A DNA stretch of 64,000 nt from Paraphysomonas bandaiensis (taxonomy: Eukaryota > Protista > Chrysophyceae), in the NCBI GenBank assembly GCA_965644295.1, contig CBFFRP010000150.1, positions 62,001 through 126,000 of the forward strand, given 5' to 3'. The translations under genes and the position numbers were made by a program. Below, one piece after another: positions 41,784 to 52,613 of the stretch. The notes beneath the pieces are model-generated. The model did not search any database, had not been told where the DNA came from, and worked only from the letters and a program-made list of their open reading frames with translations. Each line of letters starts with the position of its first letter. Positions within the stretch are counted from its first letter, which is position 1.

Positions 41784-42546
41784 CCTTCAACAAAGTCGGT
41801 CTCGCACCTTTGTGGTCTTCTGAGGGATAAAAGTACCGGAGATATTTCTCCGGGAAACTAACGTGAGCCGCATATATAAAGTCGAGGTAATACCAAAACC
41901 TGGTTTTTGATGTAAAACCTAGCAGAACGTCGTGATCTTTTTATGAGAAGAAATGATGATCCACTACCTGCGGATGATCCTCCACCTACTAGTAATGTGC
42001 CCCCAGCGGCTGTTGCCACGTCGTTTCCGAGCATAGGTACTAATACTACTGTAAGTAGTAGTGGTAAAGATAGCTATATGCGTATGCAAGGTATCCAAAA
42101 TCAGGCTATTCGGTTGGAGCGTTTGCAGTCTCAAGCGAGGCAGATGTAGCTATATGAGAATATGATATGACAAAACACAAGTAGCAGGGCCAACTTGTAA
42201 CGCAATAAATACTGCTAATAACAACTATACTTGCGACTTTTTCTTTATATTTAACCTCTCAGATACAAATTACAGTAAAATAATAACTCAATACTTAGAT
42301 ATGAAACCTGGTGAAATTGCTTTACCAGGTTGTGGTATTACCTCGACATATATAGTCCGCATACAATGTTCTGCCCAATCATAGCCGTATGCTTGTGTGG
42401 TACAAGGGAGACTAATAAGTGTCTGTTGTGTAGACGTCTTTAGAGGCATTAATTAATTAACAGGTATCCGGGAATAGGTCCACCTTAAGGGCATCAGGGG
42501 TATTGGGATGCCTGCTTAAGTCAAGCACCCGGGCTGTTCACTTAAG
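41784..42546 (+). mobile_element. Family A copy 3, interrupted by a TIR element and lacking its 3' part
   Basis: The 5' part spans 41784-41880 and resumes at 42348 (ATATATAGTC...AGCCGTATGCTTGTGTGGTACAAGGG). Confidence 0.8.
41881..42347. mobile_element. 467-bp non-autonomous TIR element (possibly MULE-like MITE)
   Basis: 24-bp TIR GTCGAGGTAATACCA(A/C)AACCTGGT with one mismatch. Flanks are ATATATAAA / ATATATAGT. Confidence 0.8.
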
Positions 42547-43245
42547 CAAACATTATGCAAACGTGGGAATTTTACGATATTTTGGGAAATTTAGGAGTAT
42601 TTACACTATTTAAGTATAAGTGTTAATAAAGAAATTGTTCTATTTGTCTATATTTATACTCTATGCGCATAGACTGAAGTCAGCATTTTGGAAGGAACAG
42701 GGCCAAAACAAAGTACGGACTCGACCTGAACAAGGCCAAATGCTCAGACTGTGGTCAAGTGCTTTCGCCTTGATTTGATGAAATATATTTGTCTCGACTG
42801 TCCTCATAACTCAGTATCTCAGACACAAAAAATCGTCTCTTCGAAAGAGGTTACGGGAGCTACAACGCGACACGACGCTCCCAATTTGGAGTGCTGCTAT
42901 TTCTAATCGTATCTCCAATTAATAGGGCTAGGAACACATCCCTGTCGCAGGTTATAATGTGCTTTGTTGGATAATGACCTACCGCTGAATTTAGGTCTGG
43001 GTCTATTGAAATCTTGTTAAGTGATTTTACCAGGCTTATCATCCGAGTGTTTAATACATATTATTTTACTATTTTACTTATACTGCTTAACGCTTCAAAT
43101 TTATTTCTTGTGCACAATATGCTTCTTTGAAGACACTTCCAAGAACGACATGTATATTAACTTATAAACACTTCAGATAATAAAAACCTGTCTACTTATC
43201 TCACCACTACAAACACTGCAAAAATTGAATTCATACTGACATACA

Positions 43246-43333
43246 CCCTCAACAAAGTCGGACTCGCACCTTTTCGTGGTGTTCTGGGGGATAAGTACCG
43301 GAGAGATTCTCTCTGGGAAACTAACGTGAGCCG
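43246..43333 (+). ncRNA. Candidate atypical HDV-like ribozyme fold at the 5' end of family A
   Basis: P2 CGG-A-CTCGC/GTGAG-CCG, P3 ACC/GGT with loop TTTTCGT, P4 CCGGAGAG/CTCTCTGG, J4/2 ..CTAA, P1 CCCTCA/TGGGGG. It lacks the canonical G1 and the L3 CC needed for P1.1. Confidence 0.4.
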
Positions 43334-43728
43334 CAAACATAGTCAGCAGATATTCTTCTGCCCACTCATAGCCGAATGCTTGTGTGGTACAAGGGACACC
43401 AATAAGTGTCACTTGTGTAGACGTCTTTGGGCCCTGACGAATAAACAGGCATCCGGAAATGGACCCACCTCAAGGGCATCCGGGACAGGGCCCACCTGAA
43501 GGGTAACCGGAGTCAAGCATCCGGGATGTTCACCTTAAGAACTCAGAACGGAAGTGGTTGCACCTTGGTGCTTGCGGCGACGCACAAGCAGCTTTCGTAG
43601 CGTTAAATAGTAGGATAATTTGTACTGACTTGTTACAGGTAGAGGTCTAACTAGTATGTCTAGCATTCATCTAGCTACTAAATCGGTGCAGGTTTTTAAC
43701 GCCTATTGCTAAATAAAAGACTTTCAAT
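43246..43728 (+). mobile_element. Family A copy 4 with a perfect 13-bp target-site duplication
   Basis: ATACTGACATACA occurs at 43233-43245 and 43729-43741, directly abutting the CCCTC 5' end. Confidence 0.9.
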
Positions 43729-44150
43729 ATACTGACATACAGAAGAACTCAAGGTGTTAGATCTGAGAATATATGAAAACACGAATATAAGTACAACAAT
43801 TTATTTTAAATTTTGGTTTATTTATTGAACCAACGTTATGAACAGTGGAAGTGAGATGGGAAAGTAAGTGATTTGCTAACCTTTAAGGTGTCAAGCCGAT
43901 AGCTTTCTAGCTGTACTTACAAGTTATAAATTTACCCTTAGTATTTACCCGAAGATATATATATTTGTGGATATATAGTACGCTATATTGATTATGAAAC
44001 TTTAACCATTAGAAGTTGACAACATCGAGCAAACATTGATTTGCAAACTGCAATACCTCACTCCGAGAATCTACATAGAAATAGCAGACATCTGAAGCCT
44101 AATAACTGCATGCTCTGAAAAAAAACGCAGCAAAGCCCTATTCTTACACA

Positions 44151-46172
44151 TTAACAAGCAATATCTTCAGTGAGGTACACTCTAAGAATATCTTGTGCGA
44201 CAAATACCACGTATAAAACGAACATTGCCCCACCCAGAAAATAACTCATTTTCCACCCGGATAACACAATAGATACCACCACGGCTGCGACCATTCCAAG
44301 GAGAACAATGACTGATATAAACAAGTTCCCTGCGCCAACTACCACTGGGCAATCCATAATAATGTTGAATAGCATCCAGGGGACGGGAAGTCCCACACAG
44401 ACATCAAAAATATTACTGCCAATGGATGACGATACAGCCATGTCTCCCTTACCCGCTTTGGCTACTACCACTGAGGATAGAAGGTCAGGGATACTCGTCC
44501 CTGCAGCCAGCACAGTCAGGCCCATTACCACTGATGGTACACCAATAGTCGCCCCGATAGTCTCTATCCAGTTAACCACAACATAGGAGTATGCACCAAT
44601 CCATGCGACGGACATAGCGAACTGGTAGTAGCTCCATCCCCCATTTCCAGGAATGCGCACATCCTTCACACCAGCAGTGCATGCCAGCGTCCAGGTGATA
44701 GGTGCCAAAAAGAGATACATCGCATTCGCTCTGAAAGATGCCTTGGGGAAATCCAGAAGCTCTCCCCATATCCCTTCCGCTGACTCGGCAGCAATTTCAG
44801 CATCGTGTTGTTTCTCCTTCCAGAAGTTCGAATTTTCGAACCAAGTGCTGAACTCCGCGTATGTTATCTTGTTGTTGTTCTCTATGCCGCCAAATTTCAT
44901 AGTAGCTTCCTCCAATTGTTGGGATGAGTAATGAACGCCAAGATGCGATAAAAGAGTCCCCAATTGATTCAGAGTTATATATCCTGTCTTCCCCTCATCT
45001 AACTCGTCGAATACGCGCTTTTCCTCATTCTTGAGACGCTCTTCAGATTTCACATACCAGACGGTAAACTCCGAAAAATCAACATTCCCATTGCTATCAA
45101 TGTCCAGTTCCTTCATTACGTGGTCTACATGCTCATCTGTGACCTCTATTGATCCATCATATAACTCTATCAAGAGCTTCTTTATCTCTGGTGCCTCGAG
45201 AGATCCTGACCCATCAGTATCTAGCTTATCGAAAACAGCCTTAACATCACCTTTGATTACTTTGACACAATGTACAGCCGCGGTATCAAATACGGACCGT
45301 TCTTGAGTCAAAAGTTGCACAAATCCCGCCCTGAAATGGGAAGGAAAGAGGAAGGACCCTCGACGATGCGCATCCTCTTCTTCCAGTAAAGATTCATCCT
45401 CAATTGCTGCAACCTTGTTGCGGTCATTCCAGTAATTAAAGAGATCTTCATTGTAGGCCATAATCGTGCAATAAACTAAGTACAACCCAAAGAGAAAGGC
45501 GGCCTCCCATCCCTCTATAATTCCTGGAGAGTTTATGCCAAACACAACCGCCACCATTACCAAACAGACAGTGTAACAGAAGCAATCCCTTGCTAGGGGC
45601 CAACCCGTTAGTTGCAAAGGAGAGAGCTCCTTAGGGGTGAATAGAACACAGCAAGCTATCACGAATAGCACATTAAATACTGCAGATCCCACAATTGTCC
45701 CGAATCCGACATCTGACCCTTGAAATGTACCAATTAGAGAGGTTGCTAGCTCAGGGGCAGAGCCACCAGCAGCCATCAAAGTCGCCCCAGCAACATCATC
45801 ACTCATTTTCCACGATCCAGCAATCTCTTCCAACGCAGGAACAAAGAACTCATCACATACAATAGCAAGAGCAACAAATAGATAAATTGAACCAATGATA
45901 TAGCCAATAATTAACTCTGTTGGATTGGCTCCTTGTGGACATCCTGCTGTATCATCATCCTTATCATCATTGACACTACATAGACCACTTCGTAACTCTC
46001 TTCTTACTCCATATTGATGATTTTCATTCGTAGATATATGAGTAGTGGTGTTATATAATATATATATACTTATAACAGCCATAGCATACATACATATCCC
46101 TGATATCCATTTACTGAGCTTGATATGCTGTCTTCTGACCTTTGATTTATCTCCAAGAACACGTCTTAACAT
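44151..46172 (-). CDS. K+-dependent Na+/Ca2+ exchanger (NCKX/SLC24-like) with EF-hands in the cytosolic loop
   Basis: Alpha-1 GATLMAAGGSAPE, alpha-2 GLTVLAAGTSIPDL and GSNIFD. EF loops DTDGSGSLEAPE and DIDSNGNVDFSE plus two degenerate ones. Single exon. Confidence 0.95.
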   Translation of the reverse strand: MLRRVLGDKSKVRRQHIKLSKWISGICMYAMAVISIYILYNTTTHISTNENHQYGVRRELRSGLCSVNDDKDDDTAGCPQGANPTELIIGYIIGSIYLFVALAIVCDEFFVPALEEIAGSWKMSDDVAGATLMAAGGSAPELATSLIGTFQGSDVGFGTIVGSAVFNVLFVIACCVLFTPKELSPLQLTGWPLARDCFCYTVCLVMVAVVFGINSPGIIEGWEAAFLFGLYLVYCTIMAYNEDLFNYWNDRNKVAAIEDESLLEEEDAHRRGSFLFPSHFRAGFVQLLTQERSVFDTAAVHCVKVIKGDVKAVFDKLDTDGSGSLEAPEIKKLLIELYDGSIEVTDEHVDHVMKELDIDSNGNVDFSEFTVWYVKSEERLKNEEKRVFDELDEGKTGYITLNQLGTLLSHLGVHYSSQQLEEATMKFGGIENNNKITYAEFSTWFENSNFWKEKQHDAEIAAESAEGIWGELLDFPKASFRANAMYLFLAPITWTLACTAGVKDVRIPGNGGWSYYQFAMSVAWIGAYSYVVVNWIETIGATIGVPSVVMGLTVLAAGTSIPDLLSSVVVAKAGKGDMAVSSSIGSNIFDVCVGLPVPWMLFNIIMDCPVVVGAGNLFISVIVLLGMVAAVVVSIVLSGWKMSYFLGGAMFVLYVVFVAQDILRVYLTEDIAC

Positions 46173-46303
46173 GATATGAATTACTTATATGTGATCTATT
46201 ACATAACTTGTGATTCTAGTATATATTTCTATCATACTATAGTAGCATATGTGTATGTGTGATGATGCCATCATACCATGTTTAGCTGCTCACTCTCTAT
46301 AGA

Positions 46304-46353
46304 TATGCATGTATGTATGTACGTATGTATGTATGTATGCATGTATGTATGTA
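46304..46353. repeat. (TATG)n tract, mirrored by (CATA)n at about 46698-46736, in the NCKX / annexin divergent promoter
   Basis: Read directly from the sequence. Confidence 0.85.
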
Positions 46354-46855
46354 TACAACGTAGACAAGAACATGTGGAGGAATTTAACAACCGTTGCTAC
46401 CATATGGTAGTGTATATGGGATATACATACTCCTACATGTTGCAAAAAATGAAAGTGGGACAAACATCTACTTCATAGGAGTGCTCACATACGTATGTGA
46501 AAAAGTATATTGTTTTGTACTATTGTATTGGTGTAGATGTACTATTGTATTCTGTGTATGTATACTCTCCCCTGTATGTATAGAAATCAGGATTCTTTTT
46601 TTTTTAGAGAATATTTTTTTCAGTATTTCGATAGAAAAGAAAATGCATGTTCTTTAGGATACTTTGCTGTGCTTGTTTGTATTGAAGAGTTCATAGTGTA
46701 CATACATACATACACATACATACATACATACACATACAGTAGCAGCATATATATGTATATATATATGAGTGTTACGACTGCATTGTGTCATAAGATTCAA
46801 TTCAATAATAAGACATCTTACAAAAACCATATTGAAATAAAATCCATTTAAAACA

Positions 46856-49800
46856 ATGAATCAACAAGGACGTGACTATACTGAACTGTTAAAACAAGCT
46901 TTAGCATCACGTAATCCTGTGATAGAGATGCGTAAGATTGAAGATGCTCTAGAGGAGGATTTACATAAGGTTCTAGACTTTATTGCTGTTAGAGATGCTA
47001 CACTTGTATATCGAGCTTGTCATTCTCTTATAGGACTATCACGTGATGATGATATTCTTATTCAAATCATTTGTCAAAGAACTAAAAGACAATTAGAAGC
47101 TGCTGATAAAGCCTATCGATCGATACCTGAGAACAAGAAACTGAGAACTTTACCTGATAAATTAGGAAAGGAAATTGGAGGAAATTATGGAAATTTCATG
47201 GAGTATCTTGCACAATCTCGCCCTGTATTTAATGGTAAATATGCTTTGCTCTCGTATACATTATATCGCATGTGATATAACAACAGTAGTAGTCCACAAA
47301 TTTATTCTTACCCTTTGATCTATTTTTACTTACAGCTGGTCAGCTTAAAAAGGCTATGGATGGACTGGGGTGTAATACAGAGCTCGTTAATGAAATATTC
47401 TGTACACTTAATAACGAAGAAATCAAAGCTATGAGAGAGACCTACCAGAACAAATATGATTCAAGCCTAGGCGACAGATTGAGGTCAGAGCTTAGTGGGG
47501 AGCATGAGAGGTTGATTCTTAAGCTGTTGCTTGCTGGTAATACCTTTCGCATTAATATTTTTTGTTGTATTATTAAATTCTATGGTCTGTGTATTAGGTC
47601 GGGATGAAAACCCGAATCCAGACCCAAATCGCGCAAGGGCTCAGGCAGAGGAATTGTATCAGGCAATTAAAAATGGTAAAACACTGATGGGTGGCCTGAA
47701 TAGTAAAACGGAGAGCAAGCTCACGGATGTTCTTACGGACTCATCTCCAGCTCAGTGTCGGGCTATAAAGGTGTGGTGAATACAGCGGATGATGGTCATA
47801 TTTATGGAAATATGACATTGGCCAATGTTGCAGGATGCTTGGGAGCAAGCGTATCCCTCAGAACCTTCTTTGGAGTCTACTATTGAAAGCAAAGTTGGGG
47901 GAGCTCTGAAGACTGCCTTGATCTACCTTCTTAAGGATCCTATTGACCTCTACTGCTACAAGATTAAGACAGCTTGCTCTGGATTGACCTGTGATGAGGA
48001 GACGTTATCGCGAATAATCGGAGGTACAGTTACAGTACTCTATCTTCTTTACACAGCTATGTTTATATTTTCCTTGCGTATAGTGCTAACATATGTTGTA
48101 GGTAACCATATGCACGTTGTCCAGGACATTGCAGCTCGATTTCAGTCGAAGTACAACCAGGAAATGCGCAAACTAATACAGGAGTACACGGGATCTACTT
48201 ATCGTCTTGCATTGACAACTTATCTCGCCGGAGTGAACCCACTTGCATCCTACGACGCTGAAATGGCACTCTACACTACTCCTGCTGGGGGGGAGGCACA
48301 GGAGTTCCGTATAGAGCTCCTAGCTGAGGCCCTGCACAACGCAAAGGAATATATTGCCTGGTTAGATGTAGATCTGCTCAAAAAGGCGACGAAGGGCCTT
48401 GGTACGGATGAAAGACTTGTAGTCGAAACACTCTGCCCCAGAACCAAGGGGCAGCTGAAAAGAATCGACGCAATGTACAGGTAGTTTCATCAATCACGTT
48501 GATGTGGTTTCGATTGATGTAATTGTATCAGGGAAAGGTATGGAAAGACTTTAAGTGAGTATATAAGCTCTGCAATGGGAGGAAATCTGAAGAAGTTTCT
48601 CACCTACTGCCAGGTAACTGCAAGTAGTTACTTGTGTAGTTTTTGACAATATGAAACTTGTCATTGCTAAATTTAATATATGGTCGTTGCTAAATCTTCC
48701 ATCGTTCACCAGATGGACGATTCTGAGTTTGATGCAGTCGTGCTAAAAAAAGCTTTCGATGGCATCGGCTGTGACAAAAAAATCATCGTTGAGGTGGTGT
48801 GCACTAGACCATATGATAGACTTCAACGAAGCAGGTATTAGTATTGACTGCATGCTATTCCGTATTAACAGCATTTGCCAATGTAGAGCACTGTACGAGG
48901 CTCGATATGATTCTGGCTTCATGGACCGGCTTCGTAGTGAATTGGGTGGTTCTCTGGAGCATCTTATTCTCCGACTGGTCGAAGGTGCTCGAGGCAGAGC
49001 GGAAGAGGGACACAATCTCACGAAGAGTGTGGAGGAACTCGGTGAGTATTTACCAGAAGATACTCTTTTGTGAAATGTAATGACAACAACGCAGCTGACA
49101 TGCTTCACGCCAACTGGTCCAGTGCGAATGTGTGTATCGATATACTAGTCAGCCATAACCTTCAAGAGGTATAGTATTAAATGAATCTGTCCTTTAGATT
49201 AATAATTTTGTATTACATTTATGTGAAATATGTAAACAATATGTTGTAATCGACTCAACTTATATAGGTCAAACAAATTGCTGCAGCCTATGAAAAGCGG
49301 CACAACAAGTCTCTTGAGAAAGCTATACAAGACAAGTTTTCAAGTCATCTAGAGACTGCTATGGTGGCACTTCTTCATGACCCGATAGATTTCTATGCCA
49401 GGCGACTCAAGGTAATCGTTATTGGTGTTTTGGAATGTATACATCGATATCACATACGCTAACTGTATGCTATTTAATTATCAAATGTAGGAGGCAATGA
49501 AGGGTATGGGCACTGATGAAGGGGTCATAAACAGGTATTATTAAGCACGCAACATATATTTATTGCAAGCTGTTTTGTTACGATGTTCATAATGTAGAAT
49601 TCTCGGTGGAAATGACAAACGTACTGTTCACGAGATTGCCGAGAGGTTCTTCCAGAAATACAACACGCCACTTCACAAAGAGTTATCGAGTGAACTAAGT
49701 GGCGACTATGGCCGTGCAGTTGTTGCTTGGGTGCGCACGAGTGACTACACGGCTGCTTATGATGCTGCTATGATCGATACAGACATGGCTACTGCCCCAG

Positions 49801-50177
49801 TAACTGCGGAATCTCCCCGAGTTGAAGGACATGTGTACCAACCTCCGCAGCCTCCTGCGCAGGATCAGAGCTATCAGCAACCCGCACATATTCCGACCCA
49901 GACAATGCATTCTGCACCGGTGCAGGCGACAGTGGTACATGGACATGCCGTTCCAGCACATCAGCAACCTCAGCATCATCAGGGGTAAGTTCTACCAACT
50001 GGATAGTTTCATGGTTCACTTCCTTGTTCATTCTATCCATGCAAATATGCTCACTATACTCTCTGTATTAGTTCTCGTCCACTACCACCAGGTTGGGAAG
50101 AGAAGCGGGCGCCAGATGGAAGAACGTATTATGTTAACCACAATGACCGGACCACACATTGGAACAGGCCAAACTAG
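46856..50177 (+). CDS. Eight-repeat annexin with a Pro/Gln/His linker and a C-terminal WW domain
   Basis: Repeats include [31 protein letters not shown] and [11 protein letters not shown]...ELSGDY. The last exon encodes [31 protein letters not shown]. Confidence 0.92.
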
Positions 50178-50558
50178 GGTTTTCATTATATCCCGTGGGA
50201 TACACTCTGGTCTATGAAGCCCGCTTATTTGATGGTTGTGACTATGCACCAAACGAATGCATATTTCACTGCTAATACTTTAAAGCGTAGGCTGAAGGTG
50301 AGACAATAGCTTAGTGTACTGTGTTCTATGAACTGATACGCTGAGGAGTAATAATATTAGTACATATTATTTATGTACGTGTAGTAATGTTGGCTCACCA
50401 ACCATGCTTCCGATATAATCATCGGAGATGTTTGGTCTTTCATCTGATGATACTGTAGACAAGGTACTACACCATTTACTTGTAACTAGAGTCATAGTCA
50501 ATACTATACATGCATTGCACAGTTTATATCTAGTCGACAGTATACTACTACAACTATT

Positions 50559-51006
50559 CTCTCAACGAAGTCGGACTCGCACCTTTTCGTGGTGTTTTCG
50601 GGAAACTAACGTGAATAGCAGTTTACGTTCTGCCCACTCAGAGCCATATGCTTGTGTGGTACAAACGACACTAAGAATTTAAGATTCGCGTCAAGCAGTA
50701 GTGAATGTCATTTATTTGTAATGAACGTTTAAGAGTCCGAACTAAATGCTTATAACTAACAAGTGCTTAACTCTGATATCCTACTATTTAACGCAACAAA
50801 AGCTGCTTATTAAACACAACCGCAAACACCGAGCTGTAACCACACTTGTGCTCTATCACTCAAAACGCAGTGAGCAAGCATTTGCTGACTTCAGGATTTT
50901 TAAGTTCTTTTAATAAGAGGTGAACAGCCCGGGTGCTTGACTTTTCAGCAGGTAGCCGAATACCCCGGATGCTCTTGAGGTGGGCCCAAAGATGTCTATA
51001 CACAAG
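50559..51006. mobile_element. Family A copy 5: 5' part on + (50559-50670), 3' part inverted (about 50696-51006)
   Basis: CTCTCAACGAAGTCGGACTCGCACC, followed by GTAGTGAATG...GGGCCCAAAGATGTCTATACACAAG in reverse orientation. Confidence 0.8.
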
Positions 51007-51568
51007 ATGTGCCACCTAGCACAACCAGAACACTCGCAGCCCCGGTACCCCGATCCAAACACATAGAGACCTTCCGCTAGGTCATAGGGAAGTTTGACAG
51101 TATCTGCAGACAGGGCTTCAACAAGTTCTGCAGGTCGTGAGCACATATAGAGCACGGGGTGTCTACTCTCATTGAAGACGTTGTGCGCATGACTGCTCAA
51201 ACCCCCAGGAATACCGGGTACCTAGACCTTCCATTAAAGTCGACAAATAATAGCTTCCATTAAAGCGACATACCTGTGCCCCATATTGACAGCGTAACTA
51301 ATCACTGCGTGCGGCCCCCTAGTGGGTGCGGCTGAGTGCTGCTGCGATTGATCGCCTCTACCTATGTACACATTGCTTAGTTCAGCACTACCCCACCCGG
51401 GGTCTCACTGCATATTCAGCGCTGAATACCATGTGATAATGATGTAGCTAGTTGGGTTCAGTAGGTAGCTAGCAAATAACGTATGGGACTTAAATCAAGT
51501 ATTAGTTAGGTACCCACCCGACCCCCATCCGAATCTACCTAAGTACGCGCTCAGAATGGGGCAACCTG

Positions 51569-52184
51569 CCCTCTACAAAGTCTGACTCACATCTTTTCGG
51601 GGTGTTCTATTTAGCCGAGAGATTAACATGAGCTGCATAATATATTGTCAGCAGATAACATTCTGCCCACTACCCACTACCCACTCAGCGCCTAACGCTT
51701 GTGTGGTACAAAAGGGACACAAATAAGTGTCACTTGTGTAGACGTGATTGGGCCTTGACGAATAAACATGCATTTACGGTATGGAAAGGACTCCATAAAA
51801 AGCGTACTGAAAAGAACAAGTATGTAAATTTTATTGTTGATGATGATGTGGAAGAAGAAGCCAACGACGAAGGAGAAACAGAGCTCTAAAGCTTTTGAAG
51901 ACGTATGCGGCAGAAAACTACCATTCAAAGTAAGTATCGTAGGAGCAATTTACGTAATCGCATGTCACCTAAAGTCAGCAGATATCAGATCTATCAACAT
52001 TCTGCTTGCTCACTGCAAAATGCTTTGAGCAATAGAGCGAAAGTGGTTGTATCTTGGTGCTTACAGCTTTCGCAGTGCCAAATAGTAGGATATCAAAGTT
52101 AAGCACTTGTTATGTTAAATTGTTTTGCTACATTAGTTCTAACTCTTACACGCCTATTGCTCATACTAAGACATTCACTACTAC
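51569..52184 (+). mobile_element. Family A copy 6 (diverged, with unrelated internal sequence at about 51780-51960)
   Basis: CCCTCTACAAAGTCTGACTCAC ... GCTTGTGTGGTACAA ... CATTCACTACTAC. Confidence 0.8.
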
Positions 52185-52613
52185 GAATAAATTCCTGCAT
52201 TGAACATATATGTGGTAGGTAGTTAAAAAAGAACGATTGACAAATTACTTTAAGCTAGTATGAGACCTTAGCATATAATTATTGAGTCTGATGACGTGAT
52301 TTCATCTCTTTTACTGAAGCAATTATGATTAACCGCAACAGAAAACCGTAAAACCAATACAAGAACTTTTCAAAATTTATACACTATTTATTCGATGTCA
52401 ACACGCTGTAAAAAAACGTTGAACCGCATAATCAAGATGTGAAAGCCGTTTACCTTTTGTGCAAAACATGATAGCACTACAGCCTTTTTCAGCTACTACT
52501 CGTATTACGACATTGTGTCATACAAACATCATTACCGCGAAACTATACAACTCACATACCCCTTCTACATATACCAGCATATACTGATTCAACTCTTCGC
52601 AGTTCGGAACCTT

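Noticed and set aside
42542-43090. Possible TTAA-flanked piggyBac-like insertion (TTAAGCA...TGCTTAA)
   Set aside because: The inverted match is only a few bases, and family A sequence does not resume after it.
43173-43412. ORFs in family A copies (e.g. GVPCTTQAFGYEWAEEYLLT, also at 61492-61842)
   Set aside because: Frames are broken by indels between copies. The peptide similarity only reflects the shared DNA repeat.
43420-43465. Hammerhead-like CTGACGA...GAAA inside family A
   Set aside because: Stems I and II cannot form, and GAAA is not conserved in other copies (GAGAAT, GGAAT).
43567-43590. Group II intron domain V resemblance (GNRA loop plus AC bulge)
   Set aside because: No AGC/CGC triad at the right spacing, the helix is too short, and there is no domain VI.
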